Source: a phage. Taken from it: a DNA stretch of 52,935 bases. Location: the NCBI GenBank assembly GCA_024614105.1, contig GCA_024614105.1_4894.1; one strand, 5' to 3'. Position 1 is the stretch's first letter, and each line of letters begins with the position of its first letter. The notes below the pieces were generated by a model. It was given only the letters and a program-made list of their open reading frames with translations. It had not been told where the DNA came from and made no database searches. A program made the position numbers and the translations under genes. Below are positions 45,052-52,456 of this stretch, piece by piece.

Positions 45052-45055
45052 AATC

Positions 45056-45095
45056 AAGGGCTTAGGTAGATTATATACTTAAGCCCTTATTTTAT
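45056..45095 (+). terminator. intrinsic terminator after primase-helicase gene
   Basis: 11-bp stem AAGGGCTTAGG / CTTAAGCCCTT followed by ATTTTATAT..CTTTTT. Confidence 0.55.
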
Positions 45096-45175
45096 ATACT
45101 CTTTTTGGCTTTTTAAATTAGCTATAATTAGGTATAGAGCAAAAATATGGTCCTAAGCTCTTAATTTATATACTC
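45080..45175. repeat. 22-bp imperfect direct repeat, two copies
   Basis: TAAGCCCTTATTTTATATACTC (45080-45101) and TAAGCTCTTAATTTATATACTC (45154-45175). Confidence 0.6.
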
Positions 45176-45212
45176 ATTTTGAATTTATAATATATGGCCT
45201 CGATAAATAAAA

Positions 45213-45259
45213 ATAAAGGGGGTAATAAAGGGGATACAAGTACCGGATAAAAGGGGGTA
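45213..45259. repeat. three iteron-like 12-bp direct repeats ATAAAGGGGGTA
   Basis: Copies at 45213-45224, 45225-45236 and 45247-45259 in an AT-rich intergenic region. Confidence 0.55.
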
Positions 45260-45262
45260 TAT

Positions 45263-45310
45263 ATTTATTTATTATTATTATTATTATTATATATTATTAA
45301 TTATATTAGA
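45263..45310. repeat. (ATT)n microsatellite within AT-rich tract
   Basis: tttatttattattattattattattatatattattaattatatta. Confidence 0.7.
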
Positions 45311-45349
45311 AGTAATAAAAACAGCTACTTAGAGGCGTCTATATGTATG

Positions 45350-45385
45350 ATCCGGTTTATCTCTTTATTAATATCAGAACCGGAT
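45350..45385. other. 8-bp inverted repeat enclosing a 20-nt AT-rich loop
   Basis: ATCCGGTT ... AACCGGAT. Confidence 0.4.
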
Positions 45386-45449
45386 GAAAAAAATATTTTT
45401 CGCCAGCGAAAAATTTAAAAAGTTGACAATTGAGTGTAAAATATAGACG

Positions 45450-45478
45450 TTTACACTTATTTTTATATACGCTACAAT
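45450..45478 (+). promoter_or_regulatory. sigma70-type promoter (TTTACA-N17-TACAAT)
   Basis: -35 45450-45455, -10 45473-45478; an additional TTGACA hexamer at 45423-45428. Confidence 0.5.
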
Positions 45479-45521
45479 GTATGTTAATATGATTAAACAC
45501 AAATATTTGGAGGTTGTATAA

Positions 45522-45722
45522 TTGGACAATGAAAACGTTAAGAAAGCAATACTGTTATTGGCTGATGAAGTAGATTTATTGAGGGCTTATGCTCAAGCCA
45601 ATGGTGAGGGTAGAGCGCGATTGATTGGCCGGTTGAGAACTACCTGGAAACGTCAGGCTGAGAACGGTGTGTCTTTTGAAAAATTAATTGCACTTCTTAT
45701 GGAGATAACAGATAATGGTTAA
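45522..45722 (+). CDS. hypothetical small protein
   Basis: 66 aa; TTG start with RBS GGAGG 9 nt upstream; downstream of promoter 45450-45478. Confidence 0.35.
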   Translation: MDNENVKKAILLLADEVDLLRAYAQANGEGRARLIGRLRTTWKRQAENGVSFEKLIALLMEITDNG

Positions 45723-46146
45723 TATTCGGCAGAAAGGACAGAACTTTGAGCGCAAAATGGCTAAGAAGTTCAATAGCTCGTTCGGATTAACTGTTGAGCG
45801 CAATCTTCAACAGTCTATTAATGGCGGGGACGACTTGCTTGGTGTGCCGTTTTTCAGCGTTGAACTGAAGAAGCACAATACCAAGTCTATCGGAACATGG
45901 TGGAGACAGTGTGCGGCATCGGCAAAGGCGCAGAATAAGATGCCGGTACTGATATACGAACTACCAAGAAAACAGCCTGTCGTGGTGATGAATAAGGCTG
46001 ATGTGATTGACTGTTTTCCAAGTGGCACGACTTTTAACGAGGCATCGACCCGACTCTTTGTGGGTCTAGTAGAATTAACATGGGAACAATTTTGCCGGGT
46101 CTACAACTATTACGTTGCGCCCGGCACTCAATATCACGTCAATTAA
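45715..46146 (+). CDS. PD-(D/E)xK nuclease, Holliday-junction-resolvase-like
   Basis: 143 aa; GQNFERKMAKKF ... GGDDLLGV ... SVELKKH resembles the G..FER / D / E.K arrangement of Hjc-type resolvases. Confidence 0.45.
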   Translation: MVNIRQKGQNFERKMAKKFNSSFGLTVERNLQQSINGGDDLLGVPFFSVELKKHNTKSIGTWWRQCAASAKAQNKMPVLIYELPRKQPVVVMNKADVIDCFPSGTTFNEASTRLFVGLVELTWEQFCRVYNYYVAPGTQYHVN

Positions 46147-46328
46147 TCTTGTTTCAGCTCGTCGCAAATGACACGCTGATTTTTGGCAGGGATAATACCA
46201 AGATTTAGCAGGGTGTATGGACTATCAGCGACACATTGTTCAACGGTAGTCCATTCAGGTTTGGATTCAACAATTTTGTAACTACAATCATGAGTAGCCA
46301 CACATGTTGCCAGGATTAAGCCAATCAC
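46143..46328 (-). CDS. hypothetical small protein with N-terminal hydrophobic segment
   Basis: 61 aa, GTG start overlapping upstream stop (GTGA), RBS GAAGGTGA; N-terminus IGLILATCVA. Confidence 0.35.
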   Translation of the reverse strand: MIGLILATCVATHDCSYKIVESKPEWTTVEQCVADSPYTLLNLGIIPAKNQRVICDELKQD

Positions 46329-46504
46329 AAGTAATCACCTTCAACCAGAAATTCAAACAGCTGGTTGTAAACGTTGCAACCTTTAGCGAAAGAGCTTTCA
46401 GCAGGTTTACCGTCGCGGACAATCATCATATACTCACCGCCATGGATGTCCACCCAGTATTGCATGCCACCTTTGACCGGGTTACGTTGTAAGAATTTAA
46501 ACAT
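46325..46504 (-). CDS. hypothetical small protein (not in ORF track)
   Basis: 59-aa ORF found by hand (MFKFLQRNPVKGGMQYWVDIHGG...), RBS GGAG, TAATG coupling with upstream gene. Confidence 0.3.
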   Translation of the reverse strand: MFKFLQRNPVKGGMQYWVDIHGGEYMMIVRDGKPAESSFAKGCNVYNQLFEFLVEGDYL

Positions 46505-46749
46505 TATTTGCTCCTTATTCCAAGTTTATTCAATAGCCACACTGTCATGTCAACCCAGGTTAACGGTACAGTTTTCGGGGGTTGATAATTCCAGCAGCTT
46601 GCAGTTCTTTGTATTTCTGCTTGGCGCCGCTCCGCTTCGCGTAGTACCGCATCGTCAGAAGTGCTGGCAGAAAAAAGATCGGTAACACCAGATAAATCGC
46701 GTTGATTAACACGTCGAGCAATGTCATATAAGTCATCCTTAGAAAACAT
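46504..46749 (-). CDS. hypothetical protein
   Basis: 81 aa. Confidence 0.4.
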   Translation of the reverse strand: MFSKDDLYDIARRVNQRDLSGVTDLFSASTSDDAVLREAERRQAEIQRTASCWNYQPPKTVPLTWVDMTVWLLNKLGIRSK

Positions 46750-46864
46750 AAGCCAATACCATAAGAATTACCAGAAAGATCCCAACCAGCTTCCTCATCG
46801 CCCGACCTTCAGCATATGCAGGATTCACAACAGAATACTCAACAACATGTTTACAGCGGACCAT
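46739..46864 (-). CDS. hypothetical small membrane peptide (not in ORF track)
   Basis: 41-aa ORF with strong RBS GGAGG 5 nt upstream and hydrophobic C-terminus (LVGIFLVILMVLAYVF). Confidence 0.3.
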   Translation of the reverse strand: MVRCKHVVEYSVVNPAYAEGRAMRKLVGIFLVILMVLAYVF

Positions 46865-46888
46865 AAGGCCTCCACTTGTGGGTTAATT

Positions 46889-46935
46889 CAATCATGAGGA
46901 CTTTCATCAAATCCTCATTGTTGAACCAATTACCA
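46889..46935. repeat. intergenic hairpin element, copy 1 (family with conserved flanks)
   Basis: caatc-ATGAGGACT-ttcatca-AATCCTCAT-tgttgaaccaattac. Confidence 0.5.
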
Positions 46936-46955
46936 GCGTCAGGACTTTGTTGATA

Positions 46956-47156
46956 TTACTCTATCATTACCTGAACTACTATTATACACTCTTTATTGAA
47001 GCGAGTAAACACTTTTCCACCATTAGTGCGTTTAGCCCCAGATTTTAGAGCTGACTGGCACCAGATATGCCACTCCTCAACTGTCAAGAATTTTTGTTCA
47101 GCTTTGGGTGGCAATCCATGGGCAAGGTCTACCGTAGTAAATTTGACTAATGGCAT
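46956..47156 (-). CDS. hypothetical small protein
   Basis: 66 aa from ATG 47156; TGATG coupling. Confidence 0.35.
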   Translation of the reverse strand: MPLVKFTTVDLAHGLPPKAEQKFLTVEEWHIWCQSALKSGAKRTNGGKVFTRFNKECIIVVQVMIE

Positions 47157-47545
47157 CACTTGACCTCAAATTTTGACTCGTCATATTCCGGATCAGTCAC
47201 GTCCCGGGTCGCACAATTTTTGATTGCCTCCCAGTAACGTTGGGCATCATCGCCATCGACATAAACTGTCCAGTGGCCGTAACCACCTTCAAATCTGTCC
47301 CAGGCTTGTTCCCAGACTTTGCCATCTTCCAGCTTGTACCAAGTTGGACGACTGTCAAACTCGCGGATTGGATGGTACCCCATCAAGGGATTCATCAGGT
47401 CAATAATGTCTTCCCGACTAATCTCCTGGTTCTCCCACAACACCGTCATGAATTGCTCAAACTTGAAGGCGTTTGGCAGAACTTTGATGACTTCACCATC
47501 ACGATATACGGTATAGGTGCCATCTTCGCATTTTGCACTGTACAT
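47156..47545 (-). CDS. hypothetical protein
   Basis: Start moved to ATG 47545 (MYSAKCEDG) with strong RBS AGGAGAGAG; upstream hairpin element in leader. Confidence 0.45.
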   Translation of the reverse strand: MYSAKCEDGTYTVYRDGEVIKVLPNAFKFEQFMTVLWENQEISREDIIDLMNPLMGYHPIREFDSRPTWYKLEDGKVWEQAWDRFEGGYGHWTVYVDGDDAQRYWEAIKNCATRDVTDPEYDESKFEVK

Positions 47546-47570
47546 GTTTCTCTCTCCTATTGATATAATT

Positions 47571-47615
47571 TCAATCATGAACTATCACAACTTTGGATAG
47601 TTCATTGTTGAAACT
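47571..47615. repeat. intergenic hairpin element, copy 3
   Basis: caatc-ATGAACTATC-acaactttg-GATAGTTCAT-tgttgaaactatac; perfect 10-bp stem. Confidence 0.5.
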
Positions 47616-47787
47616 ATACTAACTTTGTTACAATCTGAATTGTCAGCCGGAAATCTTCCATCAAGTTATCAAACTCTTTGGAACCACCAACAGCGTCAGA
47701 AATTTGGTCTTTGACTATCTGGGCATTTGATTCCAGTAATTCAATCAGGTGCGCCAATTCGTCTTCAGTCAATTTCAGATCTTTCAT
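47614..47787 (-). CDS. small acidic helical protein, member of a three-paralog family
   Basis: 57 aa (MKDLKLTEDELAHLIELLES...); ATGA coupling; paralogous to 48047-48205 and 48909-49082. Confidence 0.4.
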   Translation of the reverse strand: MKDLKLTEDELAHLIELLESNAQIVKDQISDAVGGSKEFDNLMEDFRLTIQIVTKLV

Positions 47788-48041
47788 AATGCATCCACCC
47801 AAGCCATAACTTTTGCCAGTTTTACAACGTCGTCATGGTCCCGCTCGCCATCAGAAAATTCGCTGGCGATGATACCCATAATTGACGCCAGATTCATATT
47901 GATGATGTAGGCGTGTTGGCGCACTTCATCAATTCCTGAATCTATCACCAGCTCCGCAAATTCTTGTGAACCTTCATCCCATTCAGCCCAATACTGTTCA
48001 GCATAAAAGTCCAGTTCTTTTTTCATCTCAATGTCAGTCAT
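47784..48041 (-). CDS. hypothetical small acidic protein
   Basis: 85 aa. Confidence 0.4.
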   Translation of the reverse strand: MTDIEMKKELDFYAEQYWAEWDEGSQEFAELVIDSGIDEVRQHAYIINMNLASIMGIIASEFSDGERDHDDVVKLAKVMAWVDAL

Positions 48042-48046
48042 TTTGA

Positions 48047-48205
48047 TTACTCCTCAGAACCTGAAAATTTGTCATCAATGGACTCAACAATATAATCAAG
48101 AGTTGAAGTGTGAGAACTATCAGAAAAAGTGCCCATCTTCTCCAGCTCAATCATCATATCCCGTAAAGCCATTGCCTGGTCTTTGGTCAGTTTAATTTTA
48201 AGCAT
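48047..48205 (-). CDS. small acidic helical protein, member of a three-paralog family
   Basis: 52 aa from ATG 48205 (MLKIKLTKDQAMALRDMM...) with RBS AGGAGAGAG; hairpin element upstream. Confidence 0.4.
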   Translation of the reverse strand: MLKIKLTKDQAMALRDMMIELEKMGTFSDSSHTSTLDYIVESIDDKFSGSEE

Positions 48206-48230
48206 GTCTCTCTCCTGTTGATTGTGAATA

Positions 48231-48270
48231 ATTTCAATTGATGGCACTACTTGAGTGCCATCTCAAAAAT
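48231..48270. repeat. intergenic hairpin element, copy 4
   Basis: caatt-GATGGCACT-acttg-AGTGCCATC-tcaaaaattac; perfect 9-bp stem. Confidence 0.5.
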
Positions 48271-48812
48271 TACTCTTCAGTTTCTTGGGTTTCAGGTTTT
48301 TGACCAGTCACAGACTTGCCCTCAGTCACTTTACCAGATTTTACATCATTCCGGTAGTATGACATATATGACTGGATAACTCTTTTGGCTTTGATGTCAT
48401 CCGCTTCCATCCCACAGGCTTTCATGGCATCAACTAGGGCCAGTTTGGAATCTTCCTTGTCCATCAGGTTATAGTCCTTAAATACCAGATAACAAGTATC
48501 TTTGGTTGATGGACCAGATGACTTCCGGGCCCCGCCATTGGAAGATTTTGATGCCACAACTTTGACCTCTTCCACTTCCAGTTGGTTCAGTTCATCAAAC
48601 AATGCCTTGACCAACACTTCTTTTGAGTCCTTGACACTTACAGTACTTTCATCATTAAGGGACTTAATCATCTTAATGATCTGGTTATTGGCAAAGTACT
48701 GAAGACTATCCATCTGCACTACAATAGTCCCAAGACTTTCAGTAGTCAGACCAGATTTTACAGACTCAACAGAAAAGGCGGAAGTCAGGTAAACATAGTT
48801 GATAGTTGTCAT
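48270..48812 (-). CDS. hypothetical protein
   Basis: About 180 aa from ATG 48812 (MTTINYVYL), RBS-like AGGA upstream; largest gene of the small-gene block. Confidence 0.45.
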   Translation of the reverse strand: MTTINYVYLTSAFSVESVKSGLTTESLGTIVVQMDSLQYFANNQIIKMIKSLNDESTVSVKDSKEVLVKALFDELNQLEVEEVKVVASKSSNGGARKSSGPSTKDTCYLVFKDYNLMDKEDSKLALVDAMKACGMEADDIKAKRVIQSYMSYYRNDVKSGKVTEGKSVTGQKPETQETEE

Positions 48813-48868
48813 TTGATGTATCCTCATTGATAGAATTTTTGATAGGTGTCAATCCTTGACAAGTAAAT

Positions 48869-48912
48869 CCAATCATGAGGACTTTTACCAAGTCCCCATT
48901 GTTGGAAATTAC
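48869..48912. repeat. intergenic hairpin element, copy 2
   Basis: caatc-ATGAGGACT-tttacca-AGTCCCCAT-tgttggaaattac; near-identical to copy 1. Confidence 0.5.
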
Positions 48913-49082
48913 TTCAACTTAACCAGAATTGATTGGAGTAACTTGACCCTCACTTCCTGGTCTTTGACATCCCTTCCACTCTCCCTGTCATATTCCAACA
49001 GGTCACTTTCCATAAATAAAGTAGTGTCCAATTGGTCAACCAATAATTCCAGTTCTTCTTGGGACAATTCTAAAACTTTCAT
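48909..49082 (-). CDS. small acidic helical protein, member of a three-paralog family
   Basis: 57 aa from ATG 49082 (MKVLELSQEELELLVDQL...) with RBS AGGAG. Confidence 0.4.
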   Translation of the reverse strand: MKVLELSQEELELLVDQLDTTLFMESDLLEYDRESGRDVKDQEVRVKLLQSILVKLK

Positions 49083-49086
49083 CTTA

Positions 49087-49233
49087 TTACTCCTGATATT
49101 TAACAACTTGGGATTGGATAAAGTCAACACAATCTTCCACATCCATTGATTCAAAGTCTGGAACTGGACCATTGTTTATATTGACACACCAAAGCCCTTC
49201 ATTGGTATCATACCAAAGTGTGTAGTTGTCCAT
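49087..49233 (-). CDS. hypothetical small protein
   Basis: 48 aa from ATG 49233 (MDNYTLWYD) with RBS AGAGGTGA; first gene of the small-gene block. Confidence 0.3.
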   Translation of the reverse strand: MDNYTLWYDTNEGLWCVNINNGPVPDFESMDVEDCVDFIQSQVVKYQE

Positions 49234-49260
49234 CTTAATAGTCACCTCTTGTACTAGTTT

Positions 49261-49306
49261 CCAGTTGTGACTACTGTTACCAATAGTCACTGGTTGAAAC
49301 TATTAC
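49261..49306. repeat. intergenic hairpin element, copy 5 (imperfect)
   Basis: CCAGTTGTGACT...AGTCACTGG followed by conserved flank ttgaaactattac. Confidence 0.35.
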
Positions 49307-49623
49307 TAGTGTTACTATCAACAAGAAACATGTTACCAGATTGTTAAAGAGCAAAAGGTACCATTAACATCTACCAGATGTACCTGTTGACTGGTTAAGT
49401 ACTACCTACCCAAATTAAACCATACCAATACCCTCCAGACCAGTTGACTGGTCACTCAGTCATCACATTCAATAAATATATAATAGTCCAATCCCTCTTG
49501 ATTGTACACCTTATATTTGTAAGTTTATGCAAGTTTTTAGAAATGATAATCACTTGCGATTGAGAGTGGTTCTCATATGCAATTGATATAGTTTCACATG
49601 TAATTACTCAACTCAAAATGGTC

Positions 49624-49680
49624 GGCAGGGGTTATAATCACATAGGGGTGCCACTTAAAGGAGCCGGCGAAATTATTTCT
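49624..49680. repeat. direct repeat unit A (about 50 bp) in noncoding control region
   Basis: GGCAGGGGTTATAATCACATAGGGGTGCCACTTAAAGGAGCCGGCGAAATT; shares GGGGTGCYAC and GGAGCCRGCRAAATT blocks with unit B. Confidence 0.5.
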
Positions 49681-49800
49681 AAAAATATAATTTCAATCTG
49701 AATTATAGACGCTTTGTACTATACCGGCCGAAGTAGTTCACACGGTAATTGTACCAATCATAATAGTTACCAGGGTAATCATTTCAATTGAAATAGGTGC

Positions 49801-49860
49801 GGCGGGGGGTAATTTCGCAGGGGTGCTACCTGCCAGGAGCCAGCAAAATTTTTTTATTTT
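49801..49860. repeat. direct repeat unit B (about 50 bp) in noncoding control region
   Basis: GGCGGGGGGTAATTTCGCAGGGGTGCTACCTGCCAGGAGCCAGCAAAATTTTTTTATTTT; a third partial AAAATTTTTTTATATTTTTC tract at 49947-49975. Confidence 0.5.
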
Positions 49861-50084
49861 TTCTCTATTTTCTCCTTATCAGGACCAATCATCATCAGAT
49901 TGATACAACAGGAGCTAACCTTTTGCCTAACACAATAATAAGTGAAGCCCCTCTAAAATTTTTTTATATTTTTCGGAAATTGTGTAGACACTCACTAAAA
50001 AGTGGTGTACTTTCTCTCCTCCACGCGCTATCATTAATGCGAATAATCAAACGGCCTCACGGTCTCCTACTTGTGGGTAACATT

Positions 50085-50570
50085 ATGAAAATTGTTCAAT
50101 TAGAGCCATATCCGCCTCAATTGGCTATCGTTTGTAGCGAAAAAGAGCACGAAGAGCTCCAAAAACTGATGGATTTGCCTGATTTTGGCAACTGGAATGA
50201 CCGCGAAACGCGTACTGCATCTACCTTTACGTTCTCTCGCGTTAACTATCCGTACCTGTTAATCGTCGTCGAGCTGTACCACCCGGACGACCTGAAGTAC
50301 AACACCATTTCCCACGAAGGCATTCACGTAATGTCATCGCTGATGAACTATGTTGGCCTTAAATACGACCCAGAAAACGATGAATGGTACGCATATCAGC
50401 ATGATTTCATCGTAAATGCCATTTGTAAGGCCCATGACGAGTATACAGAGCGCCAAAAAGCGCCAAAAACTAAGCAAAAAATCGAAACAGGCAATCATCC
50501 TGTGATACAGCCACAAGACGTTATGAACTCGCTTTTGACTGACACTACTGGGGACTTTTTAGGTGATTAA
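50085..50570 (+). CDS. hypothetical protein with HExxH motif (possible small zinc metalloprotein)
   Basis: 161 aa from ATG 50085 (MKIVQLEPY); HEGIH followed by Glu about 20 residues later; upstream part of the longer ORF lacks RBS. Confidence 0.45.
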   Translation: MKIVQLEPYPPQLAIVCSEKEHEELQKLMDLPDFGNWNDRETRTASTFTFSRVNYPYLLIVVELYHPDDLKYNTISHEGIHVMSSLMNYVGLKYDPENDEWYAYQHDFIVNAICKAHDEYTERQKAPKTKQKIETGNHPVIQPQDVMNSLLTDTTGDFLGD

Positions 50571-51237
50571 TATAATCTTCGCAATGGGCCAAAATGGGGA
50601 ATTCGGGTTATCTCCGGAGTTTATGAAGCATCAGGTTGACTCATGCAAGACCATGGAAGAGGTTCGGGCGCTTCCTAAATCTGGTCTGCCCTGGAAATGT
50701 CCGTCAGATATGCTCTTTTTCAGGACTATGACTAATTCAATTGCGACAGAACCAGGCTATAATGCATATCAGCAACTACGTGGACAGTTCCCACAAGACC
50801 AGTTGCGAAACATGATAGCAGATGTAACGGTAAAAATGGTCGGGCATAGTGTATTGTTAGCCGGTCGTAATACGTATATGACTATGAGTCTGCCTATGTC
50901 AGCCCACAGAATACTGCTGCCGGTATCTCGCCAGATTATGGCTTCAGAAGGCTACAATAATCTGGGTGAGATGGCAGCAGACCTCGAATCCAGGGGTACT
51001 GACGTCTGGATTGTAGGCGGTGCCGAGTTGATACTTTCGGCCCTTGAAGAACACGCAAAAGACTTACTCCGTATCGACAACATGTTTATCAGTACGATCA
51101 AGCAATCAGGTCCAAGTGATATTTTAATGGATTGTAGAAAATTAATGATGTACATTGATAGCGACTTCACTTATAATGATGAATATGTTGATAACAAACA
51201 AGTTCTGATACAACGATACAGGAGTTTACACAAATGA
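50563..51237 (+). CDS. dihydrofolate reductase
   Basis: 224 aa; GTG start; N-terminal INIIFAMGQNGEFG, LPW..P.D..FF..T, VLLAGRNTY and VWIVGGAELI blocks match the DHFR layout. Confidence 0.7.
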   Translation: MINIIFAMGQNGEFGLSPEFMKHQVDSCKTMEEVRALPKSGLPWKCPSDMLFFRTMTNSIATEPGYNAYQQLRGQFPQDQLRNMIADVTVKMVGHSVLLAGRNTYMTMSLPMSAHRILLPVSRQIMASEGYNNLGEMAADLESRGTDVWIVGGAELILSALEEHAKDLLRIDNMFISTIKQSGPSDILMDCRKLMMYIDSDFTYNDEYVDNKQVLIQRYRSLHK

Positions 51238-51740
51238 ACATCATAATCGAGGGGCCCGACAATGCTGGTAAATCTACACTTATTGAGTTCCTTAAATCTC
51301 ATACTGGCCGCAATGTTATTCATAATACTGTTGATAAAGACCCCGAATCGGTCATGGCTAAACAGGCCAAAGAAAACGCGTTGGAAGGCGATTGCATTTA
51401 TGATCGTAGCGCTGTTATATCTGAGTATATCTATTGCCTGGTTCTTCAACGTACGCCTGTCATCAATATTAATGTATCACATGTAGCAGATATGTGTGAC
51501 AACGCCATCGTTATCTTTTGTATGCCGCCTGTTGAAAAGGTACTGGCAACTACAAAAGACGAAATGCCTGGTGTTGTGGAAAATCTTGAGGCGTTATACA
51601 ATCAGTATGACAACCTCATTGATGAACTGGTTCTGATGAGCAAGCAGTTCTTCATTTACGACTGGACTGTTGAAGAAGACGGTCCTGAAGCAGCTCTCGA
51701 ATATATCAACGAACGTATTAATAAGGAGTGGAACAAATGA
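51234..51740 (+). CDS. P-loop nucleotide kinase (dNMP kinase-like)
   Basis: 168 aa; Walker A GPDNAGKST near N-terminus; ATGA coupling to DHFR gene. Confidence 0.55.
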   Translation: MNIIIEGPDNAGKSTLIEFLKSHTGRNVIHNTVDKDPESVMAKQAKENALEGDCIYDRSAVISEYIYCLVLQRTPVININVSHVADMCDNAIVIFCMPPVEKVLATTKDEMPGVVENLEALYNQYDNLIDELVLMSKQFFIYDWTVEEDGPEAALEYINERINKEWNK

Positions 51741-52456
51741 GCCCAGTATACAGTAGCACAATCACACTGTCAGCAACCGTAGGGGACGTCAACAAGACCG
51801 TTACTGTGGGTTCAACTAACCCGAACCTGTCAGGCGAAGACCTGCTGCGCCTGGCCAAACGTGCTCTTGAAGATAACGAAGTGACTGGTACCGAAGGCGT
51901 CAGCATCGAAATTAACGTCGAAGGATGTCCGCACAGCGTCAGCATTGCGACCTCTTCATTGCAGGAGGATGAAACTCGTGAACAGCTGGAAACTAAAAAG
52001 TTCAACGACGAGCTGGAATATCGTACTGGTGAGATGTTCAGCAGTGCGCTAAACTGGTACTTGTGCAAGGCCTCGGGTTATACTGGTGCTCCTATGTCAG
52101 ACCGCATGTTAGCTGATATGTCAGCACGTGAAATAGCTAAAGGCTGGGCGCATGTACAGATGCTGCAGGAGCATATCTGCAAGCTGGAAAGCTGCAATAA
52201 AGACGCGTCTGAGCTTATTACTGCCTATAAGCGACAGATTAACGACCTGCAGCAACTGATGGGCAAACGCGCTGAAGAATATGAGGCTGAGATTCGTAGC
52301 CTTAACGGTACAGCTGTTGCTAACAACCGTGCTTTCAGCGAAGAGCGTAAAGCGCTTATTGCTCAGCGTGACGCTGAAAAACGTCGTGCAGACGACCTGG
52401 CAGACCGTCTTAACTTTATCCGTAAGCATATGGATGCTATGGAAGGGGTAATCTGA
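51737..52456 (+). CDS. hypothetical protein
   Basis: 240 aa from ATG 51737 with RBS AAGGAG; coiled-coil-like C-terminal half. Confidence 0.45.
   Translation: MSPVYSSTITLSATVGDVNKTVTVGSTNPNLSGEDLLRLAKRALEDNEVTGTEGVSIEINVEGCPHSVSIATSSLQEDETREQLETKKFNDELEYRTGEMFSSALNWYLCKASGYTGAPMSDRMLADMSAREIAKGWAHVQMLQEHICKLESCNKDASELITAYKRQINDLQQLMGKRAEEYEAEIRSLNGTAVANNRAFSEERKALIAQRDAEKRRADDLADRLNFIRKHMDAMEGVI

Noticed and set aside
45263-45310. Possible CRISPR-like or tandem repeat array
   Set aside because: It is a simple (ATT)n microsatellite in an AT-rich tract with no repeat-spacer architecture; no cas genes in the window.
49386-49456. TTGACT hexamers in GTTGACTGGT repeats as -35 elements of promoters
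   Set aside because: No acceptable -10 hexamer at 16-18 nt spacing on either strand; kept only as repeated motifs within the control region.
49797-50084. Long 5' extension of the HExxH ORF (track start 49797)
   Set aside because: The extension covers the repeat units and A/T tracts of the control region, has no RBS, and its residues look like translated low-complexity DNA; ATG 50085 chosen instead.
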